From a virus (Duplodnaviria; Caudoviricetes): a stretch of DNA of 64,000 bases. Location of the stretch: positions 1 to 64,000 of the IMG/VR virus record IMGVR_UViG_3300020049_006862, one strand, 5' to 3'. Under the pieces are notes generated by a model. It saw only the letters and a program-made list of their open reading frames with translations, had not been told where the DNA came from and did not search any database. Position numbers and translations under genes: made by a program. The stretch's first letter is position 1, and each line of letters begins with the position of its first letter. This document shows positions 1 through 8,693 of the stretch, piece after piece.

Positions 1-101
1 GTTTTAATTGTGAATAAATGATGAGATGTAATGCAGCTTTAAACATTTTTGTGTAATTTAGGCACACATTATTTGTTTAAAGGTATTCAAACAGTTTTAA
101 A

Positions 102-485
102 TTGCGGGAAAATTCGGGGATCAATTTCCCCGACAATCGTTATCCGTCGCAAGTTGACGGTGAACCAATTACCTACGATTGCGTACTGAAATCGTCAAAA
201 GTGACGGTGGCAGACTTTCAAGGCGAAAAATCCTTGCGCGTTATTATGGAAATTACATTGCCTGCCGTCGGTGAACTTGAAAAACAGGTCATTGAACAGC
301 GCGTGAAAGTCAAAAAATGGCTTTACGATTCAATGTGTGCCGGCAAAGTCAAAGAAGGCGATTTGTTTCAGGTTGACGCCAAATTCGTGACCATCAAAGA
401 TCGTACAACGAATGAAAGCGTTGAACGCAAATTCGTTGAACTTCGCCCGCTTGCAGTCGGTGCAAATGCAACAGCCAATCCTTAG
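102..485 (+). CDS. hypothetical protein (early)
   Basis: 127-aa ORF, TTG start after A/T-rich leader, followed by hairpin at 502-520. Confidence 0.7.
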   Translation: MRENSGINFPDNRYPSQVDGEPITYDCVLKSSKVTVADFQGEKSLRVIMEITLPAVGELEKQVIEQRVKVKKWLYDSMCAGKVKEGDLFQVDAKFVTIKDRTTNESVERKFVELRPLAVGANATANP

Positions 486-501
486 CAACCAAATTAGATT
501 T

Positions 502-535
502 GTGGGGTGAAATTCCCCACAACTTTCTATCTTTC
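502..535 (+). terminator. probable intrinsic terminator / hairpin
   Basis: GTGGGG-tgaaatt-CCCCAC followed by a pyrimidine-rich tract. Confidence 0.5.
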
Positions 536-554
536 CACACTTTAAACCTTTACC

Positions 555-677
555 ATGAAACAGTTTTTAAAAGAAAATGCGTTGTTAATAGCAATATTAG
601 CAGCTATTATAGGGGGAACTATTTTTGTGGCCGTTATGGCCTACAAAGATGCTCAAAACCTATTTTCAACTTTTTAA
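555..677 (+). CDS. small single-TM protein (40 aa, not in ORF track)
   Basis: MKQFLKENALLIAILAAIIGGTIFVAVMAYKDAQNLFSTF, ATG after A/T-rich leader, TAA stop. Confidence 0.65.
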   Translation: MKQFLKENALLIAILAAIIGGTIFVAVMAYKDAQNLFSTF

Positions 678-699
678 TCACCTTATCAATTCATTTACA

Positions 700-903
700 A
701 TGCCTTTATTAAATGCACCTTCTTTGGAAATGTTTAATGATGTTTCCACACCTGAGCTTTATCAAGTTCGCAACCAGTTAGAAACGTTGACACTCTTCAG
801 TTTTTCGGCTGAAATATGCGGACACGAAAATAAAGCAGCGATTGCTTTGTTAAGACTGGTTCAAAGAGAAATTGCTAATCGTTTAGAACGATATGGCGCA
901 TAA
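700..903 (+). CDS. hypothetical protein
   Basis: ATG at 700 downstream of TCACCTTA motif; terminator-like hairpin at 909-932. Confidence 0.6.
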   Translation: MPLLNAPSLEMFNDVSTPELYQVRNQLETLTLFSFSAEICGHENKAAIALLRLVQREIANRLERYGA

Positions 904-1006
904 TATTTGGAGGCTTACGCCTCCTCTTTTTTATAGCTCAGTCCTTCCAGGGTCGATACTAATCTAATTCATTGTAGATATTTTTTTCACCTTATTCTTT
1001 ACTATT

Positions 1007-1189
1007 ATGGAACAATTATTGATTCTATCTGAATGTTTGGATGCGCTCGGGCCAGCACGAGAAGGAAAAGAGCTCACTTGGATGGCTTGTCTCCAAGTAG
1101 CCTACAAAGAAAGAGCGAGTGTATCGGACGAAGAGGCAGTAGCATACGTGTCTACGTTTGTTAAGATTGCCGCCAAAATGGTTAATTAA
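1007..1189 (+). CDS. hypothetical protein
   Basis: 60-aa ORF with TCACCTTA leader. Confidence 0.6.
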   Translation: MEQLLILSECLDALGPAREGKELTWMACLQVAYKERASVSDEEAVAYVSTFVKIAAKMVN

Positions 1190-1210
1190 TCACCTTTAAA
1201 ACACACAACC

Positions 1211-1435
1211 GTGAAAAAGATCTTTACCTTCTTATTCTTGTTCTTCACTATTATTTTCCTATTCCACTTCTTGCTTTATCACGCAGTTGGATGGATAAAT
1301 AATATTAGTGCCCAAGCCGCTGCTTACGACGCGTGGAATTCCAAGTTTACAGTGCTCATGATTATCTACACTGTTGTTACAACAATAGTGGCTGTAATTA
1401 CTGCCGGAACCCATGTTGAGAAAATGAGCAATTAA
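1211..1435 (+). CDS. two-TM membrane protein
   Basis: two hydrophobic segments; TCACCTT leader. Confidence 0.65.
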   Translation: MKKIFTFLFLFFTIIFLFHFLLYHAVGWINNISAQAAAYDAWNSKFTVLMIIYTVVTTIVAVITAGTHVEKMSN

Positions 1436-1526
1436 GAACAGTATATCCCATGAACGAGCGGGTGCCAACACTGTTGGTGCTCGCTTTTTTCCAAGCTTTT
1501 TATCACCTTATCAATATAACAAAATC

Positions 1527-1811
1527 ATGGACAACGTTCGGATTCCTATTATCAGATTCGCAAATGTGTGCTTAATAAGCATTACCACTTCTACCAATAC
1601 TTACAACATCGAAGTAGGTGGTGAGGTCGTGCGCACTATTCCCTACGTATGGGTACACTTCGAAGACAGCTTCGGAGATGACGAGGACAGTGCTGGCATC
1701 AAAGTTTACCTAATCGAATGTACGACATTTACCATGACTGGTAATGCTTGCGCTATAAAAAATGCGAGCATTTTTTCAGTCAATTCCAGGTATACTGAAA
1801 TTGCGCATTAG
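1527..1811 (+). CDS. hypothetical protein
   Basis: 94-aa ORF, TCACCTTA leader. Confidence 0.6.
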   Translation: MDNVRIPIIRFANVCLISITTSTNTYNIEVGGEVVRTIPYVWVHFEDSFGDDEDSAGIKVYLIECTTFTMTGNACAIKNASIFSVNSRYTEIAH

Positions 1812-1955
1812 GCTTAAGAACCACGAAAACTATCACTACCGGAGTTTTAGATCCTCTACTAGCTTGAGGAGTTTTAGATGGTAGTACTCATTTCATTAAT
1901 CACCTTAAATCATCCATTTAAACTCTAAGACTGGGGTTCACCAAAACTAAAATAC

Positions 1956-2087
1956 ATGAGTTACTGTACAATTGACGACAAGCTTAGAGATCGTATCACA
2001 CAGCTCTTCGAAGTACATCTCCGCACTTTAGGAGAGACCAGTGAGTCGCTCGATACACTATTTCAAGGATTCGTAAAACAAAACTGA
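1956..2087 (+). CDS. hypothetical 43-aa protein (not in ORF track)
   Basis: MSYCTIDDKLRDRITQLF..., ends TGA 2 nt before next ATG. Confidence 0.5.
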   Translation: MSYCTIDDKLRDRITQLFEVHLRTLGETSESLDTLFQGFVKQN

Positions 2088-2089
2088 CC

Positions 2090-2434
2090 ATGGAAGAACT
2101 AATCACCGTATTTGGCAAGTATTGGTACTTCATCTTAGGTGGAATACTCGTATTTGTAGGGCCACAAGCAGCACTGCTTGCTGTTAAGAAAGCTCTTTGG
2201 AGCAAATACAAGCAGGCAAGTACCCATACTCCAGGAAAATTGACGATTACCCAAACTGACACTGAATCGGCGAGGGTACAACTGTATAAAGAGACCGCAT
2301 ATGAAACTGCACGTACACAAGGCTTAGGCCAGGTATTTGCGCACACTGAACGAGGAGCTAGACCATTAAGCAAAGCAGAAAAAAGGGAAAGAAAGGAAGC
2401 TAAAGCTAAACGCAATAAAAACAAACAACAATGA
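2090..2434 (+). CDS. membrane-anchored protein with basic C-terminus
   Basis: N-terminal TM; TGA stop overlaps next ATG (ATGA). Confidence 0.65.
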   Translation: MEELITVFGKYWYFILGGILVFVGPQAALLAVKKALWSKYKQASTHTPGKLTITQTDTESARVQLYKETAYETARTQGLGQVFAHTERGARPLSKAEKRERKEAKAKRNKNKQQ

Positions 2435-2628
2435 ATTGGCAACTTTACTTATTCATCTCCTACGCAGTCGGATTAATTCTTTTATTTATTGCGGCAACTG
2501 ATCGCAAGGAAGAAAGGAGAAAGGCCGTAGCAACGCTACTTACTGTGTGGGCATTATCACCTATTACTGCGCCACTACTAACGGTATTTATACTGTTACG
2601 TATATGCGCAGAAATAAAAAAGAAATGA
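2431..2628 (+). CDS. two-TM membrane protein
   Basis: two hydrophobic helices; coupled start. Confidence 0.6.
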   Translation: MNWQLYLFISYAVGLILLFIAATDRKEERRKAVATLLTVWALSPITAPLLTVFILLRICAEIKKK

Positions 2629-2727
2629 TTGTAAGCGCAGTGTAGATCTCCTCGGTCGAAATCAGGAAGGCATCTCTTAAGGAGGGAGCTGCGCTTACGT
2701 TTTTTATCATCTACTTAAAAATATATC

Positions 2728-3129
2728 ATGAATACTCTGTTTAAGATCCTCTTAGGATGTGCTTATGCCTCCATCCCGTTTATCATTGACTGGATATTCG
2801 GAGGTACTACCGGCTACGTTGGATATCTCGCAGCTGTTCTCTTATTCTTTCTTGGCTATGCTAGCATAAAGGTAGAAAAGGTTAAAAAACCAACGGATGA
2901 AGAACTCATTCTCTCCTTTGGTTGGACAAAATCAAAACATTCCTCGGAAAATTGGCCCCGTTACGAAAAAGGCAACTTTGTTCTGTACACAGGATCTGAA
3001 CGACCTTCGTGGGTGTTTGATTTGAAGGAAGGAAAAGAAGCTCCAGGCATAATCGCTCGATTCGATAAGCCAATTCTCGATGCCGACCTTCAATACTGTG
3101 ACGCATACATCAAACGAGTAACCACGTAA
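2728..3129 (+). CDS. membrane protein
   Basis: two N-terminal TMs plus soluble domain. Confidence 0.65.
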   Translation: MNTLFKILLGCAYASIPFIIDWIFGGTTGYVGYLAAVLLFFLGYASIKVEKVKKPTDEELILSFGWTKSKHSSENWPRYEKGNFVLYTGSERPSWVFDLKEGKEAPGIIARFDKPILDADLQYCDAYIKRVTT

Positions 3130-3290
3130 TAAGATCTGAGTGCCCGCACATAAACTGTGCCGACATCTTCGCCCTATAGCACCGGGTATTGGTTAAGTCC
3201 GATCAATGGTTAGTCTATAGTTTAAATGCGAAGTACCAACCGCCGCAGTAGCGGGCACTCTTACTTTGTAACAACTAAACTGACAATATC

Positions 3291-3809
3291 ATGACTAAAT
3301 TACTTCACTACGTATTCTTGAATGTCTTTCCTAGCTCTTGGTTAATCATGCTAACATTGGCGTCTGTTATTATTTATCCTACTTTCCCCGATTGGTTTAA
3401 GCTCGTGTGGGGCATGGTAGTAATAGTTCAGATCGTCATGATTATGCGTGTATGGGATCATATCGTACGCATGTGCTATGAAACCTTCAGAGGAGACTAT
3501 GAAGATAAAGAACTGAGAAACTATCATGAAAAACTTCCCAGAGTTAAAGACATGAAGTCTCAAGAATCTGGATACATATTTGCTTCGACAATATGGAAAG
3601 AAGAAGATTCATACTTCGTAAACCTGAATAGTAAAGTGTTTCAGAACAGTGCGGTGCGTGAAGCAGATTCAGTATTGATAGAAAAAATGCCGGACGGTTC
3701 TTACAAGATATGGCCTTCTTCTGACAAAGGAATGCATACCTCAGATACCAAAACTAGTTTCTTACAAGACCGCAGCATCTTTGTCAAGGTGACTGCAGCT
3801 CAAAAATAA
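3291..3809 (+). CDS. membrane protein
   Basis: two N-terminal TMs plus soluble domain. Confidence 0.65.
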   Translation: MTKLLHYVFLNVFPSSWLIMLTLASVIIYPTFPDWFKLVWGMVVIVQIVMIMRVWDHIVRMCYETFRGDYEDKELRNYHEKLPRVKDMKSQESGYIFASTIWKEEDSYFVNLNSKVFQNSAVREADSVLIEKMPDGSYKIWPSSDKGMHTSDTKTSFLQDRSIFVKVTAAQK

Positions 3810-4005
3810 AAGGTGATTTTTCAGAAGCATCGGTGTTTGACCCGTGACAACAAGCGGTTAGCCGATGCTTCATCTTTTCAAACTCTTAAATTGATCACCG
3901 AATCAGAGCATCACTGATTGAAAAAGCTGAAATTACTACATTTGGACTGATGCAGGACACTTCGTATGTATCAGAGGTTAAACTGATTAAATGAGTGTTT
4001 CTTTT

Positions 4006-4057
4006 TGTCTCCAAAGCCGTAAGGGGCTATAAGGTTCGAATCCTTGGGAGACATCCA
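4006..4057 (+). ncRNA. minimal tRNA-like RNA (acceptor stem + T arm + CCA, no D or anticodon arm)
   Basis: TGTCTCC/GGAGACA 7-bp stem, TAAGG-TTCGAAT-CCTTG T arm, T-CCA end. Confidence 0.7.
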
Positions 4058-4190
4058 ACCCTATCATTAGTCTTTATTGAGAGCCGGGAGGATACTTGTT
4101 TGTATCCTCTCAGGTTCTTTTTCTATTTACAAAAAGAAATTATACAAATAGTAAATTCATTTTATCATTATCAAAATAGTTCACGGCTAT

Positions 4191-4988
4191 ATGGTATATT
4201 TTCTTAACACAGAACTGGCTTCTGCTGCTATCGTAATAGAGAAAGCAGTAGCTGAAGGCCGGTCCATGGCCCTTCTTTTAGAAGGTGTGCCTGGATCAGG
4301 CAAGACTGCATTCGCTAAGTACCTGAGCCACCACTATGGTTGGCCATTGTTCAGGTACGATTGCAACGCAGAGAGTAACAGTGGACTCGTATACGCGTAT
4401 GATGTGGAGGGGATTATTCAGCAGAAGTCTGCCTTCTTAAAAGGCCCACTGTGGAATTGCTTTGAATCTGAAGGACCAGCAGTGATGTTGATTGATGAGG
4501 TAGATAAGAGTCCAAGGGATTTCGAAGCGTGGCTCTTGAGAACAGTAGACGAGCAGACATTCAGATCTCCTAATAACGACGAGATTGCGGCAAAAGCTCC
4601 GGTCGTGTTCATCCTATCATCTAATGCGCGCAGGAAATTGTCTCCTGAAATGGAACGACGATGCTTCAGATTTACCATCCCGTATCCTTCGAAGGAACTG
4701 TTACCTCAGATTGTGAAAGCTGAGCTCCCTTGGGGTGAGCCCAACCACGCTCTGATTGGATTGCTTTGTCGAATTGCTCTAAAGATGCAACCAAAGGTCG
4801 AGCCCGACCAGATGCCATCGCCTAAAGAAATCGCCTATGCGGCGGCTTCTTTCCCACTACTTAAGTCTCACAAGCAAATACAGGCTATATTCGTAGCTCA
4901 AATGCTCAAGGGAATGACCATGCAGGATTGCCACCAGATCATCCGAATGAGCGCTGTAAAGGCGATAGCGAAGGAGGCGTGGAAATAA
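4191..4988 (+). CDS. MoxR-like AAA+ ATPase
   Basis: Walker A GVPGSGKT, Walker B LIDEVDK, sensor SSN, Arg finger ERRC. Confidence 0.85.
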   Translation: MVYFLNTELASAAIVIEKAVAEGRSMALLLEGVPGSGKTAFAKYLSHHYGWPLFRYDCNAESNSGLVYAYDVEGIIQQKSAFLKGPLWNCFESEGPAVMLIDEVDKSPRDFEAWLLRTVDEQTFRSPNNDEIAAKAPVVFILSSNARRKLSPEMERRCFRFTIPYPSKELLPQIVKAELPWGEPNHALIGLLCRIALKMQPKVEPDQMPSPKEIAYAAASFPLLKSHKQIQAIFVAQMLKGMTMQDCHQIIRMSAVKAIAKEAWK

Positions 4989-5893
4989 TGGCAGAAAGAA
5001 AGCGAAGAAGTTCTAACCCTTTCTACGATTCATTTGGTAGCAAGAAAGATCTTATATTTACCTTGCAAAAAAAAGGTACATATAAAAGGGTTCTTGTAGA
5101 GGATGTACCACTGGATTATATGGGGAAACTGGTTGAGGGTATACCAAAGCCTATACGTGATTTAATGGCGCAGAACTGGAAATATATTGGATTAAGGAAA
5201 AAAGGCCCAGCCCCTTCTTCTAAATCTCAGCAAGCACCGGGAAAGAAAAGAGCTAAAGAGAATAAAGTACAGGACACTAAAACTATTGCCAAGTGGCAAG
5301 AAGAAGTATCTCAATGTGTAGAAATCCTGGAAAGTATCTTACAAGGTACGGGCAAACTTACCCGTATCATTGACAAGTATAATATTGACCCAGTAGGACT
5401 GGCTAAGTCCTATGTGCTAGGACAGAATCCTTTGGATTATTTATCCAGATGTATTGAACCGGTAAGAAGACCTACAATCATGATTTCTCCCGATACTTCG
5501 GGCTCATGTTCACAATTCTCTGAATTTACTCTTGGATTTGCTGAAACTCTAAAGAAGAAGTTCGATATCGAGTATGTCGAAAACTTCAACGGACTTATCA
5601 GACATGAGCTGATGCCTAAAACGCAGTTTGATCTTCTCGTCTACTTAGGTGACAAGGACATCTTGGTTGGGAAATGGATGAGACAGCAGGAAAAAGAAAT
5701 ATATACTTCTATGTATAATATGAAAGAGCACTTAATTGTGCTCGACAATGAAGGTGCTCGACATACTTCAAAACCTTTACATTCACGTAAACATTCCACA
5801 ACACGTCGTTGTTGGATTGAATTCGTGGATTTTAAAAAAGCAAAATCGTACGTCAAAGCTCTCGAGCTTGTACGGAAAAATATGTCCTCCTAG
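4988..5893 (+). CDS. vWA-domain partner of MoxR ATPase
   Basis: MIDAS-like DTSGS; TAATG-coupled to the ATPase. Confidence 0.65.
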   Translation: MAERKRRSSNPFYDSFGSKKDLIFTLQKKGTYKRVLVEDVPLDYMGKLVEGIPKPIRDLMAQNWKYIGLRKKGPAPSSKSQQAPGKKRAKENKVQDTKTIAKWQEEVSQCVEILESILQGTGKLTRIIDKYNIDPVGLAKSYVLGQNPLDYLSRCIEPVRRPTIMISPDTSGSCSQFSEFTLGFAETLKKKFDIEYVENFNGLIRHELMPKTQFDLLVYLGDKDILVGKWMRQQEKEIYTSMYNMKEHLIVLDNEGARHTSKPLHSRKHSTTRRCWIEFVDFKKAKSYVKALELVRKNMSS

Positions 5894-6360
5894 GTTTTCA
5901 GGCGCCGAAAGAGGACTTTTGACTTGCCCACCACCGAAAACTGCTCCAAGTACTGGGGTACGCTGATTAGGTTAGAGGGGAGATGAGCACTGTGCCTGAT
6001 TCAGAACTCGGGGGGAATCGCCTTTCCTTGTGGCCCCTTCGTTTTAAAGTGGAAAACGGGACCCGGCAGGGTAGGTTTATCCCGTTGCGTGAGAAAGGAG
6101 AGAGCGCAACAGCTGCCCAGTCTTTCAGGGATTTTCCTGGGGGTAAATACGGAATTAATCTCAGATTCACGACCCAACCATGCTACGCTCAAAGTACGGA
6201 GAGAGTAGCACCCTTTCGTTTGTATGAAAGGACAGTTGGGTAGGCAAAAGGACTAACGCTGCTATATGCAGGCGCGTCCAAGTTCGCAGGCCAAGCCCTA
6301 AGGTGAATTGGTACTGTTAGGATGGGAGATGGCCGTGAACGTCTCCCATTCTTTTTTTAT
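5894..6360 (+). ncRNA. large structured intergenic RNA candidate with terminator
   Basis: GC-rich, several nested stems; ends ATGGGAGA..TCTCCCAT + T run. Confidence 0.5.
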
Positions 6361-6387
6361 TTGATTTATTCACAAAAAGACAATATC

Positions 6388-6570
6388 ATGCCTGATCACT
6401 TTTCCCTTGCTCTACTTGCAATCCTAGCGATGCTTGCGTTATTAACTACTATCATAGTTTGGTGGGTTCGTTACAACATAAAGAAGCAGAACGAGAAAAA
6501 TAAGGAAAGCGAAAAAAAAGAACGTGGATTTAAATCTCACCTTGGAGCTAACGATTCCGACATGGGCTAA
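6388..6570 (+). CDS. small single-TM protein
   Basis: ATG 6388, TM helix followed by charged tail. Confidence 0.6.
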   Translation: MPDHFSLALLAILAMLALLTTIIVWWVRYNIKKQNEKNKESEKKERGFKSHLGANDSDMG

Positions 6571-6899
6571 CAAGCCCGACTGTCCACTCTCTTTAAGAGA
6601 GGAGGACGTATACCGACCATAGGGCGCTTTACCAAAAGTGTAAGGCTATGGTATGTATGGCAGCAGTATTTATACTGCCTTTGTTATCAACGTCTCTTCC
6701 AGGCCTCCCATGCGCGGGGCCATATTTGGCAGATAAGATAACAGAGTAGCTCCTAGGCATAGGAGCAGTGTGCGACATCAGCTATTGGTACGCTGATGAG
6801 ACTAAATATTCAAACAAGTGCATAAGGAAATGCGGAGGGCCTTTACAAAGGTAGGGAGCCCTCCAATGTTTTTTCTTCATCTACAAAAAAAGAACAATC

Positions 6900-7022
6900 A
6901 TGAAACGTAAAGGATTACTAAAATGTCCGCACTGTCAATGCGAAGTAAAAAGACCGTGCTCAACAATTAGCTTTGTATTTTGCGCACGATACGTCTTTAA
7001 AATTTTGACCTCATGGAGCTAA
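6900..7022 (+). CDS. small Cys4 Zn-binding peptide (40 aa, not in ORF track)
   Basis: KCPHCQCEVKRPCSTISFVFCAR; paralog immediately downstream. Confidence 0.6.
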   Translation: MKRKGLLKCPHCQCEVKRPCSTISFVFCARYVFKILTSWS

Positions 7023-7129
7023 AGAAATGCCCACACTGCAAAGAAATGGTTGAGAAGCCGTGTCACGTCATTTGGTTTTTGAAATGTGAGAGGTTCCTTG
7101 ACTATGTTTTGGAAAATGTTTTTCGTTAA
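7013..7129 (+). CDS. small Cys4 Zn-binding peptide (38 aa, not in ORF track)
   Basis: KCPHCKEMVEKPCHVIWFLKCER. Confidence 0.6.
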   Translation: MELKKCPHCKEMVEKPCHVIWFLKCERFLDYVLENVFR

Positions 7130-7149
7130 CAAAAAAAAAATTTAAACGA

Positions 7150-7533
7150 ATGAAAAAATTAATCTTTTTAGTATTATCTTTGGGATTCATCATGACCTTT
7201 GCGGTCCAATGTTCTGAATCTGTACCTGTTACCAGTCACTACGTACCCGTAGTTGAAAAGCAAAACCTGAATCTCTGGGTGGATAGTAGCAGCCCATTTA
7301 CTTACTGCATACCGAAAGATTCAGTACTGACATCGGCAGTTTACGCACTTGCTTTACGGTGTGGGGACAGCATTGAGTTATACACGTATGATGACACGAA
7401 CTTCAACATTCAGCAGAAGGATGATAAAGGGGTCGCTTTTTATGTGGCTCTTGTATCCAGCAATAGGATGGCATACGACACTGAAATGGATGATCTGTGG
7501 TTGGAAAACAAGAGCGTGGGTATATGCAAGTAG
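7150..7533 (+). CDS. putative exported protein / lipoprotein
   Basis: signal peptide ending FAVQC. Confidence 0.6.
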   Translation: MKKLIFLVLSLGFIMTFAVQCSESVPVTSHYVPVVEKQNLNLWVDSSSPFTYCIPKDSVLTSAVYALALRCGDSIELYTYDDTNFNIQQKDDKGVAFYVALVSSNRMAYDTEMDDLWLENKSVGICK

Positions 7534-7718
7534 TGCACAAGCAAAAGCCCTTGCCCAAGATTCGACTAATATCTCAAATTATTGGGACATTATTCATATT
7601 TGCCGGCCTATTCAAGATACTGGAAGTCACATATGAATTCGGTGGTCCAATAGCTGCGGTGTCTGTTGTATTGTCGGGAATAGCCATATTCAAATGCTTG
7701 CAACGCATATGGCACTAG
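7524..7718 (+). CDS. two-TM membrane protein
   Basis: hydrophobic segments, overlaps neighbours. Confidence 0.55.
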   Translation: MQVVHKQKPLPKIRLISQIIGTLFIFAGLFKILEVTYEFGGPIAAVSVVLSGIAIFKCLQRIWH

Positions 7719-8056
7719 GGTACATTGTGTCGGCAGTCTTCTTATTTGTAATAGTAATATTACTCTTAAGCGCATCACCGCCGAGGAAGAAAAGAAAGAC
7801 ACCCTTTGATTGGGCGGCTTTTCATAGAGGTATGCAATCCTTTGAGAAACCGCCCTTTCTTGGGGTTACAGGTCAGTATCATTCCTATAAAATAGGGAAG
7901 GTATGGACAGGGTATGACGGATTAAGGTACATCTTTATTGCATCAAGCAATAAGAAGTATCTCGCTACTGCACTGGTGACTTACCGAGACGTAGAAATCG
8001 AGGAAATAATTAAGGAATGTGTTCCATTAACTTACACACCAATCTATCAGTTATGA
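7709..8056 (+). CDS. membrane-anchored hypothetical protein
   Basis: N-terminal TM; ATGA overlap with next gene. Confidence 0.6.
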   Translation: MALGYIVSAVFLFVIVILLLSASPPRKKRKTPFDWAAFHRGMQSFEKPPFLGVTGQYHSYKIGKVWTGYDGLRYIFIASSNKKYLATALVTYRDVEIEEIIKECVPLTYTPIYQL

Positions 8057-8232
8057 TCTGGTATTTATTAATTACTTACATCTTGGGAGGAATTTGTATG
8101 TTTCTGTTTGGTCCAAGAATGGTCAAAGAAGGGGGATTTGTTGCGCAAGTACTAGTCATACTGATGTTCCTTGCCAGCCCTGTTATGATTCCTGTCTATA
8201 TCTTTCACGTTGTATTTGTAAAATTGAAATGA
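8053..8232 (+). CDS. two-TM membrane protein
   Basis: similar layout to 2431-2628 (..YL.I.Y..G.I..F; LASP/LSP). Confidence 0.6.
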   Translation: MIWYLLITYILGGICMFLFGPRMVKEGGFVAQVLVILMFLASPVMIPVYIFHVVFVKLK

Positions 8233-8233
8233 C

Positions 8234-8407
8234 ATGGAAAGAAAACTAACAATTGGATTTGCATCCTTGCTCGTTGCCTCTTCTACACTTCTCACCGGAG
8301 TATTGGCAGGGCAAGGATTTATGTTCGCAGCCCTGTACGCCAGTAGTCTGTTACTGCTGACCGTACCAATTTTAATAGGGCTAGTCCGTGGGTGGATACC
8401 CGCGTGA
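8234..8407 (+). CDS. two-TM membrane protein (57 aa, not in ORF track)
   Basis: MERKLTIGFASLLVAS..., TGA stop. Confidence 0.55.
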   Translation: MERKLTIGFASLLVASSTLLTGVLAGQGFMFAALYASSLLLLTVPILIGLVRGWIPA

Positions 8408-8415
8408 TTATTTCG

Positions 8416-8489
8416 TGTTTCGTAGCTCAATTGGTAGAGCGCCCGCTTACAATGGGGGGAGGTTGCAGGTTCGATGCCTGTCGGAACAC
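8416..8489 (+). tRNA. tRNA-Val(UAC)-like with irregular anticodon stem (possible pseudo-tRNA)
   Basis: TGTTTCG/CGGAACA acceptor, GCTC-AATTGGTA-GAGC D arm, CTTACAA loop, GCAGG-TTCGATG-CCTGT T arm. Confidence 0.7.
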
Positions 8490-8507
8490 CTAAAATTTTT
8501 ATGAATT

Positions 8508-8693
8508 ATGGGGAAAGATAACAAAAATAACACGCCTACTCCTAAGAAGAAGACGTATTACGTTGTAAATCGTGACAAGTCTATCACAATAGTGAATGGA
8601 TGGGCAAAGCCTGCAGGATTTAAAGTGTATACTTCGCTTTCAGCAGCAAATGAACAAGTAGACAAAATGTACAATGCGCAAGGAAAGAATTAA
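8508..8693 (+). CDS. hypothetical protein, weakly RNase H1 N-terminal/viroplasmin-like
   Basis: KTYYVV...IVNGW...FKVYTSLSAA pattern; family call tentative. Confidence 0.5.
   Translation: MGKDNKNNTPTPKKKTYYVVNRDKSITIVNGWAKPAGFKVYTSLSAANEQVDKMYNAQGKN

Noticed and set aside
5894-6360. RNase P RNA, tmRNA or group I intron
   Set aside because: Only a short GCAACAG resemblance; lacks RNase P P4 motifs, tmRNA ends and flanking exons.
6775-6820. Hammerhead ribozyme (CTGATGAG)
   Set aside because: No GAAA after a stem II; CTGATG is paired in the CATCAGC/GCTGATG hairpin.
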